DNA of 45,903 nucleotides from Candidatus Falkowbacteria bacterium LH_S3 (GCA_023659985.1 JAGXOH010000002.1:1-45903); one strand, 5' to 3'; shown: positions 8,106 through 18,348, counted from the first letter of the stretch. Notes: generated by a model from the letters alone, not told the origin. Numbers and translations are program-made.

Positions 8106-9800
8106 CTAAAACTTATTTTTTATAAACTCCATATGTTTTAAAAAATATAAAGCAATATAAATTAGCCAGATCGTGCCAATAAAAGAAAGAATCAAAAATA
8201 AACATATGGGCCAAAATATATTTGCGGTAAGATTTTGAAATAATAACCAAGCTCCAATAGAGCCGTAAGATAGAGATCCAATAGTAAATCCTATTCCTGG
8301 CAAAGATGTGCTTAAAACCGAAGGATCGTCGGTTTCAAAATTAGGGAAAATAGCTCCAAGGGATAACCCTAAAACTACAATAAATATAATAGTGCTAAAA
8401 AAAAGAATAAAAGTAATAACAGAAGCTGTTAATGACAGATTTAATATTAATAAATTTGTGTATCCGATGAGAATTCCTATTGTTAAAAAAAGAGGAAGAT
8501 AAAATAACAATTTTGACCAAAAAATTTTACTTTTTTTCATAGGAGAACTGCTCAGTATCCAAGAAGTATCCTTTTCCATACTAAAACAAGGAAAAACAAA
8601 CCTTAAAACAAAAGCGCTAATAAAGAAGATTCCGGTTAAAAATTGAAGGATATAAGCTATTATGGGAAATAAATCTATATTTATACTGTATTTGGCGATA
8701 TTTTTGCTTAACATCAGATTAACTCCGACTTGTATCATCCAAATAAACATCAAAAAACCAAACCACAAAAGACCGCGCGTATTTCTACTTGACACTAAGA
8801 ATTCTTTTTTCAGTAGTGTCGTAGAAACGTTTTTTCCCCAAATAAAAGAATCTTTTTTTGTGTTTTTGTTTTTAATTTTGGTTCTTGCTGTAAAAAGTCC
8901 TTCTTGTAATTTTTGCCAAATAGGTAAAAACCATTCAGTAGCTAACCACAAAAAACTTAAGACAATGATAGTCATTAAAAACATAATAGTGGTGTAGTAA
9001 TATCCTCCAATCACATTTCCTGCTTGAAATTCAAATATGGCCTTTGCCACTGGATGAGTTGGTGAATATGTGAAATTTTCACTAATCCTGGACACCACGG
9101 ATTCGGATGTTTGCAGATCCTGGGCATTAAATAAAGAGATTAGATCTATGGAAAAATTTTGATGCCAGATTAAAATACCCCCAAAAAAAACAAAAATCAA
9201 TAAGCAAATAGCTAAATTTTTAAGGTTAAGAAAATTTTTATTTATTAAAGAAGATAATCCTTGCAACATCCGACCCGTAATCAATATGGCTAACAACATT
9301 AAGGATGTCGCAAAGATGGTTAAAAAAACAATTGATAACAAAGAGACCAGAAGAGGAATTAGCTTTAAACCGAATACGCTGTGAGCGGCTAGTAAGCTGG
9401 GTAAAACTATTATTATCAGAGGCCATAGCGAGGCAAAAAAAGCATTAACAAGCACTACTCCGGGTAAGATTTTATAAGACGGGGTTGCCAGTAGCCAGTC
9501 ATTTTTTTCTTTTTTAAATAAAGAAAATAGGCTGGAAATAAAAGAGCTGATAGCAATAAGAAGAAAAATAAACAATAAATAAACTTCATAGCTATACAAT
9601 GTAACAGCTTGCGCAAAAAAGGGATAGGATTGTATATAAGAAAATCCTTTAACAAAAAAGAAGTAAACAGCTACGCCTAAACCTGTAAAAATAGCTATAA
9701 AACAAGCTAAAACTATTAATTTAGCTGTTTTTCTGCTTAGGAAAATTTTTTTTATTTTTTGTAATTGGTAACGTAAAAGCAGCTTTATCATAATAAGCAA
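8106..9800 (-). CDS. Polytopic membrane protein, probable permease partner of the adjacent ABC ATPase
   Basis: 564 aa with more than 10 hydrophobic helices. It lies 6 nt downstream of the ABC ATPase gene on the same strand. Confidence 0.5.
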   Translation of the reverse strand: MLIMIKLLLRYQLQKIKKIFLSRKTAKLIVLACFIAIFTGLGVAVYFFFVKGFSYIQSYPFFAQAVTLYSYEVYLLFIFLLIAISSFISSLFSLFKKEKNDWLLATPSYKILPGVVLVNAFFASLWPLIIIVLPSLLAAHSVFGLKLIPLLVSLLSIVFLTIFATSLMLLAILITGRMLQGLSSLINKNFLNLKNLAICLLIFVFFGGILIWHQNFSIDLISLFNAQDLQTSESVVSRISENFTYSPTHPVAKAIFEFQAGNVIGGYYYTTIMFLMTIIVLSFLWLATEWFLPIWQKLQEGLFTARTKIKNKNTKKDSFIWGKNVSTTLLKKEFLVSSRNTRGLLWFGFLMFIWMIQVGVNLMLSKNIAKYSINIDLFPIIAYILQFLTGIFFISAFVLRFVFPCFSMEKDTSWILSSSPMKKSKIFWSKLLFYLPLFLTIGILIGYTNLLILNLSLTASVITFILFFSTIIFIVVLGLSLGAIFPNFETDDPSVLSTSLPGIGFTIGSLSYGSIGAWLLFQNLTANIFWPICLFLILSFIGTIWLIYIALYFLKHMEFIKNKF

Positions 9801-9806
9801 ATATTA

Positions 9807-10535
9807 TTAAGTCAATTTTTTATAAACATCTTTTAATTTGGCATTTTTGGACAGTTTCGCTTTATTTTTAAGTTCTTTAAAAGAGCCTGTTGTTATTAAC
9901 TTACCCTGACTTAAAACTCCAATAGTTTTGCTTATATTTGTAGCTACCGAAAGGTCATGAGTGGCAAGAAGTATAGCGCCTCCGTTTTTAGTAAAATTTA
10001 AGAATTTATTTTGAGCTATTTCAGCACTTACAGGATCTAAACCCACGATTGGTTCGTCTACTAAAAGAAGCTTTGGCTGGTGTAATAGTGCGGATAAAAT
10101 GGTAAATTTTTGCTTATTTCCTCTGGAATAGTCTTCATAATAGTTTTTTTCAATGCCAGCAAGATTAAATATTTTTAAAGAGAGGGGGATATTTTTTTGA
10201 ATGGTTTCTTTTTTCATGCCGTATAAAGAACCCATAAGATACAAAAATTCTTCTCCAGTTATAGAAGACCAAATTTCAGGTTTATCAGGTATGTATCCTA
10301 TGTTAGATTTGGTTTTGATCGGATGGTGGGTGGTGTCTAAGCCGTTAATGGTTATATTTCCCTTATCCTGGCGTAATAACCCGGCAATGGATTTTATGAT
10401 AGTGGTTTTACCTGAGCCGTTGGGTCCGATTATGGAAAAGATCCCTCCTTCTTCTATTTTAAGATTAATATTGTTAACAGCCTTAATAGAATTAAAATAT
10501 TTAGTTAAATTTGTAATTTTAAGGATAGCGGACAT
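9807..10535 (-). CDS. ABC transporter ATP-binding protein
   Basis: Walker A GPNGSGKTT, signature-like YSRGNKQK and Walker B LLLVDEPIVGLD. Confidence 0.9.
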   Translation of the reverse strand: MSAILKITNLTKYFNSIKAVNNINLKIEEGGIFSIIGPNGSGKTTIIKSIAGLLRQDKGNITINGLDTTHHPIKTKSNIGYIPDKPEIWSSITGEEFLYLMGSLYGMKKETIQKNIPLSLKIFNLAGIEKNYYEDYSRGNKQKFTILSALLHQPKLLLVDEPIVGLDPVSAEIAQNKFLNFTKNGGAILLATHDLSVATNISKTIGVLSQGKLITTGSFKELKNKAKLSKNAKLKDVYKKLT

Positions 10536-10583
10536 AAGTGGGAGTTTATTATTAATTTTATTAAATTTTACCTTGTTTTGTTT

Positions 10584-12104
10584 TTATTGACCAGGTTTAT
10601 TATATTGAAGAGCCTCGGCTAAGTGTCTGGTTTGAATGTTTGAATTATTTTCTATATCAGCTATAGTGCGAGCTATTTTTAATATGCGAAAATAAGAACG
10701 AGGACTAATCCCTAATTTTTCTATGGCATCTTTTAATATTTGTTGACCTTGTTCTGTTACTTGGCAAAAATTTTTCGTTGCTTCTGAAGACATTTCTGAA
10801 TTAGTAAGGATTGAAAAATTTTTAAATCTTTTTGTTTGTATATATCTGGCTTGTTGGACTCGCTTTTTTATATCCCCTGATTTTTCTTTTTGTTTCTTAG
10901 ATGATAGTTTTTCAAATTTAATTCTTGGGACTTCAATATGAATATCAATTCGATCCAGTAGTGCACCTGATATTTTCTTGCCATAATTAGCTATTTGAGT
11001 GGCCGCGCATATACATTCCTTGTATTCGTCTCCATAGTATCCGCAAGGGCAAGGATTCATAGCCGCCACTAAGATAAAATCGGCTGGGAAAGAAATGCTT
11101 TTGTTGATCCTGGAAACATTAATTGTTCCATCTTCTAATGGTTGCCTAAGATTTTCCAAGATTTGTTTAGGAAATTCAGTTAATTCATCCAGAAATAATA
11201 CTCCACGATGAGCCAGAGATATTTCTCCTGGCTTTGGATAAGTGCCTCCTCCTATCAATGCTACAGCTGAAGCGGAATGATGAGGAGCTCTAAATGGTCT
11301 TTGGGCTATTAACCCCATATTTAGATTTTTAAGTTCCCCTGCCGCGCTATGTATTTTGGTTATTTCTAAGGCTTCATCTATAATTAAATCAGGTAGGATA
11401 GAAGGAAAAGAGCGGGCTAATAAAGTTTTACCTGAACCTGGAGGTCCGGTCATAGCTATATTATGATTTCCTGCTGCAGCTATTTCTAAGGCTCTTTTAG
11501 CATGTTCTTGTCCTTTAATATGGGCCATATCAAAGACATGCTCGTTATTAGACAAATCAAAGTCTGTAGAAGGTGTCTGGTTTAAAACTTGTTCTCCGTT
11601 AATATGTTTTAGAGCTTGACTTAAGCTATCCAAAGCATAAATCTCTATTCCTTTTATCAAGCCGGCTTCAGATGCGTTAGAAGAGGGGACAAACAGTGTG
11701 GATATGCCTTGTTCTTTAGCTTTTATAGCCATAGACAATATTCCGTTTATAGGCCTAATATTTCCATTCAAAGCAAGTTCTCCTATAAAAAGTTTGTTTT
11801 TTATTTGCTCGGCATTTATATGGTGGGTGGCACACAAAATGCTTATAGCTATGGGCAAATCTAAACTTGGACCATGCTTTTTAATATAAGCAGGGGCTAA
11901 ATTAATAGTTATTTTTAATCTGGGAAAACGAAGGTCGGAGTTTTTAATAGCGCTACGCACTCTTTCTTTAGCCTCGGAAACTGCAGTGTCAGGTAGTCCC
12001 ACAATGGAAACTACTCCATATTCCCCACCTCCGGTATCCGCTTCTACTTCTAATAACTCTGCGTCTACGCCTAATACTGTAGCTGATATTATTTTAGAAG
12101 ACAT
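10584..12104 (-). CDS. YifB/ComM-family Mg-chelatase-like AAA+ ATPase
   Basis: N-terminal ChlI/Lon-like domain (GLPDTAVSEAKERV), Walker A GPPGSGKT, Walker B VLFLDEL, and C-terminal RSYFRILKIARTIADI. Confidence 0.9.
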   Translation of the reverse strand: MSSKIISATVLGVDAELLEVEADTGGGEYGVVSIVGLPDTAVSEAKERVRSAIKNSDLRFPRLKITINLAPAYIKKHGPSLDLPIAISILCATHHINAEQIKNKLFIGELALNGNIRPINGILSMAIKAKEQGISTLFVPSSNASEAGLIKGIEIYALDSLSQALKHINGEQVLNQTPSTDFDLSNNEHVFDMAHIKGQEHAKRALEIAAAGNHNIAMTGPPGSGKTLLARSFPSILPDLIIDEALEITKIHSAAGELKNLNMGLIAQRPFRAPHHSASAVALIGGGTYPKPGEISLAHRGVLFLDELTEFPKQILENLRQPLEDGTINVSRINKSISFPADFILVAAMNPCPCGYYGDEYKECICAATQIANYGKKISGALLDRIDIHIEVPRIKFEKLSSKKQKEKSGDIKKRVQQARYIQTKRFKNFSILTNSEMSSEATKNFCQVTEQGQQILKDAIEKLGISPRSYFRILKIARTIADIENNSNIQTRHLAEALQYNKPGQ

Positions 12105-12179
12105 AATAATTGTTGAATTATAGTTCTTGGGCTGGAAAAAACATAAATTTTATTATTAAATGGCTTGTAAGAACCTAAA

Positions 12180-14795
12180 TTATTTAGTCACTTTTTCCGC
12201 TTCTTCCATTTTTAAACTTAATAATTTAGTGATACCGTTTTCACTCATAGTTGTGCCGTATAAAATATTAGCTTTATGCATAGAAGAACGATCATGTGTT
12301 ATAATGATAAATTGGGTTTTATGAGAGATCTCTTCCAATATTTGCGCAAATTTTTTGGAGTTAGCTTCATCTAAGGTGGCATCAACCTCGTCTAAGACCA
12401 CAAAAGGGGCAGGATTGGCTTTTATTATGGCGCAAATTAAAGCTATGGAGGTAAGAGCCTTCTCTCCTCTGGATAGCATAGATAAGGAGGTTATTTTTTT
12501 GCCCGGAGGAGTAGCTTGAATATCTATTCCTGCTAAACCTGTAGAATTATATTTAGTCAATTTTTTAATATAAGATTCTTCTGTATTAGAGCTCTCTTCC
12601 TCTTCCGCATCTAATTGTTGTTGAGGAATTTTAATAATTTTAGCATATCCGCCTCCAAATAAAGATTTAAAATATTCTTCAAACTTTTGAGAAATAATCT
12701 TAAATTCCTTTTCAAATTTCTTTTTAATAGTGTTATCTAAATTTTTAATTATATCATTTAAATTTTTAATACCTTTACTTAAATCAGTGGTTTGGCTCTG
12801 TAGAAAATCATATTTTTGTTTAGTGGTTTCATATTCATTTTCCACTTCAGGGTCTATACCTCCTATAAGGTCTAATTGATTTTTAATTTTGTCTATTCTT
12901 TTTTTAACCTCATCTACGTTAATTGATTGTTGCGGTTTTTTCTCTTTAATTTCCTTCACTTTTCCCAACTCCTCTCTAATTTCAGATTCTAATTCCTGTA
13001 AAAGAGTTTCATATTTAGTGGCTGAGGTTTTTACTTGATTTAGTTCATTGTTTATATTGTTGATTTCTTGTTGGACACCTTGAATCTGCCTTTGAAAAGA
13101 AAAAAGTTTTTGGTTTTTTTCTTCTTTTTCTTGATGAATTTTTTCTATTTCATTTTTTAATTTTTTTATATCTTCATCTATTTTATTTAGCTCTTTCTCT
13201 ACTTTGTTTTTTTGTTTTAAAGTTTGTTCTTGCTCTTTTCCGCCTTGGTTCTTCTTAATTTTTTCATTTATATTTTCTTGTTCTTGTGTTTGTTTTTCCA
13301 AATTATCTTTTTGCCACTGCAGCTGTTGGCTTAATGAATCTTTTTCTACGGTTAGTTTGTTTGTAATTTTTAGAATTTCTTCTTTTTTATTTTGCCACTC
13401 TCTTAGATTTTTCTTGATCGTTTCTTGCTTTTCCGCTATATGACTAAAAGAGGATTGGTTTTTGTTGGTAACCAATTGAGATATTTGTTTAATAGTTTTC
13501 TCTATTGTTTGTATCAATGTGTTTCTTTTTTGCTGATCGTGTTCTTGTTTTAGCTTTTTTAGCTTTTCGTTTATATGTTCCACCTTTTGTTTTATCTGTT
13601 TTGTTGCAGGGGTTTGTTCTTGAGGTTCGGTTAAAGTTAATAGATCATTGTTTAATTTATCAATACTTTTATCTATTTCCTCTTTTTCTTCTTCAGCGTT
13701 TTTTAATTTATCCTTTTTTTCTTTTATATTGGAGTTTAGCGCTGATATTTCTTGTTCAGTCTGTTTTATTTGTTTTTTAAGCTCGCTTTCTTTGGAGTAA
13801 AGCCAAGAAAGATTAAATTTTCCTTTAGAATCCAAGTTAACTTCAATCTCCGCGTCTATGGTAGCCAGTTTTTTAACAACCGCTTCCCTTTGTTCTTGTC
13901 CTTTTTTAAGGTCTTGATTTTTAAGCACGATTTCTTGGGAGGCACTGTTGTCATACTCCATTTTATTAAGGTCTTGGTTGAGTTTATTGATTTTTTCTAC
14001 CAGATTTCCCTTTTTTTTATCTAAATTTAGGTATTTTTGATTATATTTTTGAAATTCATTATTAAGTTGATGCCAGCGGGTTTGATAATAAATATCTTGT
14101 TTTTCTTGCAATTCTTTTTTTATTTCTTTTTTTTGTTTAAGTTTATTGACTTGTTTAGTTAATGATTTTAGTCTGGGTTCTATTTCCTTAAGCAACATCT
14201 GAGCTTGGTTTAAATTTTCTTGGCTAGTGATTAATTTGTTCAAAGATCTTTCTCGTTTGATTTGATATTGCTTAACTCCAGTAGCTTCATCAAAAAAGTT
14301 TTTTTTCTCAGACGGAGTGGTTTTTAAAAATTCTTCCACCATCCCTTGGCCAATGACACTATAGGTTTTTTGTCCAAAATTAGCTTTAGCTAAAAGTATT
14401 TGTATGTCACTCAATTTGGTTTTGTTGTTGTTTATCAAATATTCGTTTTCTCCATTCCTATATAAACGTCTGCTTATAATTAATTCAGAGTAATCAATAG
14501 GTATTTGTTTATCTTCATTGTTTAGATAAAGAGAAACCTCAGCTATGCCCAGCCTGCCTTTTTTTGAAGAGCCGGAAAAAATAACATCTTCGTTGTTTTT
14601 GGCTCTTAAAGTTTTCATGCTTTGCTCACCCAGTGTCCATCTTATTGCGTCAGCAATATTTGATTTTCCTGAGCCGTTAGGCCCGACTATAGCGGCAACT
14701 CCCTTTTTGTCAGAATCTGCTCCCTTGGGAAAATATAAAACATTTTTATTGGCAAAAGATTTAAACCCCTGAATTTCAAGTTTTTCTAAAAACAT
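12180..14795 (-). CDS. smc: SMC-like chromosome-segregation ATPase, short form without a recognisable hinge
   Basis: N-head MFLEKLEIQGFKSF...GPNGSGKSNIADAIRWTLGEQS. C-head LSRGEKALTSIALICAI...FVVLDEVDATLDE...IIITH. The roughly 550 residues in between read as continuous K/E/Q-rich heptad-like sequence. Confidence 0.8.
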   Translation of the reverse strand: MFLEKLEIQGFKSFANKNVLYFPKGADSDKKGVAAIVGPNGSGKSNIADAIRWTLGEQSMKTLRAKNNEDVIFSGSSKKGRLGIAEVSLYLNNEDKQIPIDYSELIISRRLYRNGENEYLINNNKTKLSDIQILLAKANFGQKTYSVIGQGMVEEFLKTTPSEKKNFFDEATGVKQYQIKRERSLNKLITSQENLNQAQMLLKEIEPRLKSLTKQVNKLKQKKEIKKELQEKQDIYYQTRWHQLNNEFQKYNQKYLNLDKKKGNLVEKINKLNQDLNKMEYDNSASQEIVLKNQDLKKGQEQREAVVKKLATIDAEIEVNLDSKGKFNLSWLYSKESELKKQIKQTEQEISALNSNIKEKKDKLKNAEEEKEEIDKSIDKLNNDLLTLTEPQEQTPATKQIKQKVEHINEKLKKLKQEHDQQKRNTLIQTIEKTIKQISQLVTNKNQSSFSHIAEKQETIKKNLREWQNKKEEILKITNKLTVEKDSLSQQLQWQKDNLEKQTQEQENINEKIKKNQGGKEQEQTLKQKNKVEKELNKIDEDIKKLKNEIEKIHQEKEEKNQKLFSFQRQIQGVQQEINNINNELNQVKTSATKYETLLQELESEIREELGKVKEIKEKKPQQSINVDEVKKRIDKIKNQLDLIGGIDPEVENEYETTKQKYDFLQSQTTDLSKGIKNLNDIIKNLDNTIKKKFEKEFKIISQKFEEYFKSLFGGGYAKIIKIPQQQLDAEEEESSNTEESYIKKLTKYNSTGLAGIDIQATPPGKKITSLSMLSRGEKALTSIALICAIIKANPAPFVVLDEVDATLDEANSKKFAQILEEISHKTQFIIITHDRSSMHKANILYGTTMSENGITKLLSLKMEEAEKVTK

Positions 14796-15029
14796 GGTTA
14801 AAAGATTAAAAGTTCATTTTATACGCCTTATTATATAAAAAAATATGCTATTTAGTTGCTTGATAGCACATTTTTAAACAGTGGAACAGTTAAAGTGTTC
14901 TTGATTTTTATTATACATTATTTATAATAAATTTAAAAATAAATTTCATTGCCACATTATTGCATTGTCTTCTCTTTGTATCAAATGAATATAAATGGAA
15001 TAATTTAGTAATGGGACGATAAATATTTT

Positions 15030-15581
15030 ATGATAATTTCATTTAGTGGAGTGCCGGGAGCGGGCAAGAGTACTATAGCTAAAATGTTAGCCCAAAAATT
15101 GGGGTGGCCTCGTTATTATATGGGTAATCTTAGAAGACAAAAGGCGAAAGAAAGGGGTATGACATTAGAAGAGTATAATAAATTAGGAGAAACTGATCCT
15201 TCTACTGATTTAGAAGTGGATAGATATCAAGAAAAACTTGGAAAGGAAAAAGACGATTTTATTATAGAAGGAAGAACATCTTGGTATTTTATACCCCATT
15301 CCTTAAAAATATATTTGGATGTGGATTTAAATAAGGGATCAGAACGGATTTACTGGCAGTTAAAAGATAAAAATAATAAAAACAAAGGAGAAAAGCTAAA
15401 AACTCTGGAGCAAGCAAAAGAAACTACAATAAAAAGAATAGAAAGCGACAATAAAAGATACAATAAATATTTTGGTATAGATGTCTATAATAAAAACAAT
15501 TATAATATAGTTATAGATACAACTGATCTTGATACAGATCAAGTTTTCAAGAAGATTTGGGAAAAAATTGATTTAAAATAA
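15030..15581 (+). CDS. Cytidylate kinase-like (archaeal-type CMP kinase family) P-loop kinase
   Basis: P-loop SGVPGAGKSTIAKMLA, then YYMGNLRRQKAKERGMTLEEY and IIEGRTSWY. Confidence 0.6.
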   Translation: MIISFSGVPGAGKSTIAKMLAQKLGWPRYYMGNLRRQKAKERGMTLEEYNKLGETDPSTDLEVDRYQEKLGKEKDDFIIEGRTSWYFIPHSLKIYLDVDLNKGSERIYWQLKDKNNKNKGEKLKTLEQAKETTIKRIESDNKRYNKYFGIDVYNKNNYNIVIDTTDLDTDQVFKKIWEKIDLK

Positions 15582-15585
15582 ACGG

Positions 15586-15614
15586 TTGACCTAAGGCCGT
15601 ATTTATTATAAAAT
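15586..15614 (+). promoter_or_regulatory. Sigma70-like promoter candidate for rplS
   Basis: TTGACC (15586-15591), 17-nt spacer, TAAAAT (15609-15614). A ~46-nt hairpin (ttgtttgt...acaaacaa, about 15667-15712) lies in the putative leader. Confidence 0.4.
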
Positions 15615-15767
15615 TATTAAGCTTATATTTTAAAAACTAATCTTTAAAGATAGTTATTTAAATATTTGTTTGTTACCGGGTATATTATGTGTGATATATA
15701 GGGACAAACAATAAATTTAAATTTCCTTTTGGAGGTTTAAAAGATAATTCATAAAAATTTGTAAGAT

Positions 15768-16133
15768 ATGACTGAAGACAAAATAAACCAACAACCAGAA
15801 CAAAAAAAGGTTAATATGGTTGATTTAAAAACCGGAATGACGGTTAGGATCTACCAAAAAATAAAAGAACTTAATATGAAAAAGGAGGAAAGAGAAAGAA
15901 TTCAATATTTTGAAGGAATTGTTATTGGTAGAAAACATAATAAAGAAACAGGTGGCACTGTAACGGTTAGGCGTGTTTCCGGAGGAGTGGGAGTGGAAAA
16001 GATTTTCCCTATCAATTTACCCACTATTAATAAAGTGGAAATATTGAAACAAGCAAAAGTCAGACGCGCTAAATTATACTTCTTAAAACAAGGATATAAG
16101 AAAAAATTAAAAGAAACTTATTATAAACAATAA
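15768..16133 (+). CDS. rplS: 50S ribosomal protein L19
   Basis: GMTVRIYQKIKE...RIQYFEGIVIGRKHNKETGGTVTVRRVSGGVGVEKIFPINLPTINKVEI. Confidence 0.9.
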   Translation: MTEDKINQQPEQKKVNMVDLKTGMTVRIYQKIKELNMKKEERERIQYFEGIVIGRKHNKETGGTVTVRRVSGGVGVEKIFPINLPTINKVEILKQAKVRRAKLYFLKQGYKKKLKETYYKQ

Positions 16134-16148
16134 GAAATATCCAGGCGT

Positions 16149-16236
16149 GGGCGAGTGGTGGAATTGGTAGACACACAAGCTTGAGGGGCTTGGGGGAGAA
16201 GCTCCCGTGGAGGTTCAAGTCCTCTCTCGCCCACCA
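16149..16236 (+). tRNA. tRNA-Leu(GAG), class II with long variable arm, CCA encoded
   Basis: Acceptor GGGCGAG/CTCGCCC, discriminator A, CCA. Anticodon stem CAAGC/GCTTG with loop TTGAGGG. Variable arm GGGGAGAAGCTCCC. Confidence 0.85.
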
Positions 16237-16289
16237 TTCAATTATTGATAATAAATCAAGTTTTTTTGAGTCAAATTCGTAATTAAACC

Positions 16290-16366
16290 GGACGCGTGGC
16301 TCAGTTGGTTAGAGTGCTTGGTTTACACCCAAGAGGTCCTAGGTTCAAATCCTAGCGCGTCCACCA
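16290..16366 (+). tRNA. tRNA-Val(TAC), CCA encoded
   Basis: Acceptor GGACGCG/CGCGTCC. Anticodon stem CTTGG/CCAAG with loop TTTACAC. T-arm CTAGGTTCAAATCCTAG. Confidence 0.9.
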
Positions 16367-16390
16367 GTTGAAAACTTTTTAATTATTATA

Positions 16391-16864
16391 ATGTTTGATT
16401 TAGAATGTAAAGCTATAGAAGAGCATGCAACTTACAGCCCAGAACAAACCCAAAAATTGGCTGCCAAATTCACCTCTTCTTTAAAGCTGGGAGATGTGGT
16501 AGGCTTGGTAGGCCAGTTAGGAGCTGGCAAAACTCAATTCGTTAAAGGGATGGCTCAGTACTTTGGGTATACTGAGAACGTGAATAGCCCCACTTTTGTG
16601 TTGATGCAGATCTATTCCATAGAAGGTAAAGATCAGTCCATAAAACAGCTTTGTCACGTTGATGCTTACAGAATTGTCTCATCCACTGATATTTTAAATA
16701 TTGGCATAGAAGAATACTTAGGGAGACAAGATACCCTAGTAGTGGTAGAGTGGCCGGAAAAGATTGTTAATATAATGCCTCAAAACACTATTTATATAGA
16801 ATTTTCTTTGGGTATGGAAAATGAAAATAAACGACTCATAACCATAAAAAAACCAGAAAAATAG
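16391..16864 (+). CDS. tsaE: tRNA t6A37 biosynthesis ATPase TsaE (YjeE)
   Basis: GQLGAGKTQFVKG (P-loop), SPTFVLMQIY, HVDAYRI, and VVVEWPE. Confidence 0.85.
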   Translation: MFDLECKAIEEHATYSPEQTQKLAAKFTSSLKLGDVVGLVGQLGAGKTQFVKGMAQYFGYTENVNSPTFVLMQIYSIEGKDQSIKQLCHVDAYRIVSSTDILNIGIEEYLGRQDTLVVVEWPEKIVNIMPQNTIYIEFSLGMENENKRLITIKKPEK

Positions 16865-17192
16865 CTTTCTCTGGTTTGCTTTTTATGTCTTCACATCTTT
16901 TTTGGTAGATGCAACAGATATGGTTTTTAATGATCGTTTTGTCAATATAGAAACCATCCTGTGATTCTTGCGACGCTTCGGCTGCTATTACGAAAAAGTT
17001 GGATTTTAGATCCTTTTGATGGAGACTTTCTTGCAACGTTTTTAATGCGTCGCTTCTAGCCAATTCCTGTAAGTAATTAGAAGTTCTTATCATGTTATAT
17101 TTAGCACGTTCCAATAATTGGTTTGCAGTCTCTTCTCTTTCTAAAAATCTTTTTCTAAGTTCTTTCTGATTTTTTAAAGGTAAGATTGCCAC
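16836..17192 (-). CDS. Hypothetical protein (GTG start; possibly the remnant of a frameshifted longer gene)
   Basis: 118-aa ORF overlapping the tsaE 3' end by 29 nt. A ~46-codon ATG ORF lies immediately upstream in another frame. No family recognised. Confidence 0.35.
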   Translation of the reverse strand: MAILPLKNQKELRKRFLEREETANQLLERAKYNMIRTSNYLQELARSDALKTLQESLHQKDLKSNFFVIAAEASQESQDGFYIDKTIIKNHICCIYQKRCEDIKSKPEKAIFLVFLWL

Positions 17193-17303
17193 TTTCCAGT
17201 ATTTCTTGCAATTCCTCTTTTAGGAGCTGTTTGTTGTTTTTAGTAATATTTAGGTTTTTGGGCTTGGCTTGATTTGGCATTTTTTCTATAGACATATTCA
17301 AAG

Positions 17304-17765
17304 TTAATATTTTCGAGATACCAGAAAATAGAATAGTATTAAAATACCACTCACTATCATCACATCTGCAAGGTTTAAGACAGTTATATATTTTATGTGA
17401 ATGTAATCTATAACACCTCCAGTCAAAAAACGATCATAAAGATTACTAGCCGCTCCCAGTATTAATATTAATAAAGCAAAAAAATAATGATAATATTTTT
17501 TTTGTGCTAACCATAATAAATAGTATAGCAGGCCAAGCAATATAATACTTATCCCTGCTTCCAACCATTTACCCTGTAAGGGTATAGAGAAAGCAACATT
17601 GGTATTAATATGAGACTCAAAGGTGAGAATGTTTTTTATTATCGGAACTGATTCCTGAAAGTATTTTTTAACAATGAGAAATTTAAAAAAGCGATCTAAT
17701 GTAAAAAACAAAATTATTATTCCGCCACATACAATCTTTGTTTTGTTTATTTTGAGGCCGCCCAT
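17304..17765 (-). CDS. lspA: Lipoprotein signal peptidase (signal peptidase II)
   Basis: NTNVAFSIPL, GAASNLYDRF, GGVIDYIHI and LNLADVMIVSG in a four-TM frame. Confidence 0.8.
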   Translation of the reverse strand: MGGLKINKTKIVCGGIIILFFTLDRFFKFLIVKKYFQESVPIIKNILTFESHINTNVAFSIPLQGKWLEAGISIILLGLLYYLLWLAQKKYYHYFFALLILILGAASNLYDRFLTGGVIDYIHIKYITVLNLADVMIVSGILILFYFLVSRKY

Positions 17766-17779
17766 AAATTTTTAAAAAA

Positions 17780-18184
17780 CTAGCTCTGATTTTGCAATTT
17801 GGTTTTGCATTCAATACAAGCACTAGCTGTGGGGCGTGCCAATAATCTTTTTTCTTTTATAGTTCCTCCGCAATATTTACAGGTTCCGTAAGTGTCTTTC
17901 TCTATTCTATTCAGGGCATTATTAATATCTCGCAATTTTTTTTCTAGCACTTGTTCTGTGGCCAAGTTAGTTGTATATTCGCTTATTTCTTGAGCATTCT
18001 CATCTGGCTTATCTCCAAACTCCGGAAATTTAACCTTATATTCATCAGGATTATCTTCTTCTCTTTGACTTATGTCAGCTAAATCTTCTTCTAGTTGGCT
18101 TTTTCTTTTTAAGAGATCTTTTTTGATTTGCTCTACTGATTCAGGATTTAGCTTTTCAGTTGTGTTTTTTTCAGTGTTTGTCAT
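17780..18184 (-). CDS. DksA/TraR-family C4-type zinc-finger protein
   Basis: Coiled-coil N-terminus and C-terminal CKYCGGTIKEKRLLARPTASACIEC (CxxC-N17-CxxC). Confidence 0.8.
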   Translation of the reverse strand: MTNTEKNTTEKLNPESVEQIKKDLLKRKSQLEEDLADISQREEDNPDEYKVKFPEFGDKPDENAQEISEYTTNLATEQVLEKKLRDINNALNRIEKDTYGTCKYCGGTIKEKRLLARPTASACIECKTKLQNQS

Positions 18185-18348
18185 AAAAATATGGACTAAA
18201 ATTAAATAAAACCAAAATATTTTTGGTGATTAAAGTAGTAATTTCAATTATAGGCAATAAAAATTATTTTGGCAAGCTGACGTTTTAGAAACATCTTTAT
18301 TCATAAAAAATAGTACTTACTATAGTACTTACTATAGTATGCACTAAA

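Noticed and set aside
13204-14024. Several 79-91 aa plus-strand ORFs (13204-13443, 13505-13780, 13752-14024) inside the smc gene.
   Set aside because: They are F/L/S-rich mirror translations of the lysine/glutamate-rich coiled-coil coding strand. They have no start context or family similarity, so they are artefacts of low-complexity sequence.
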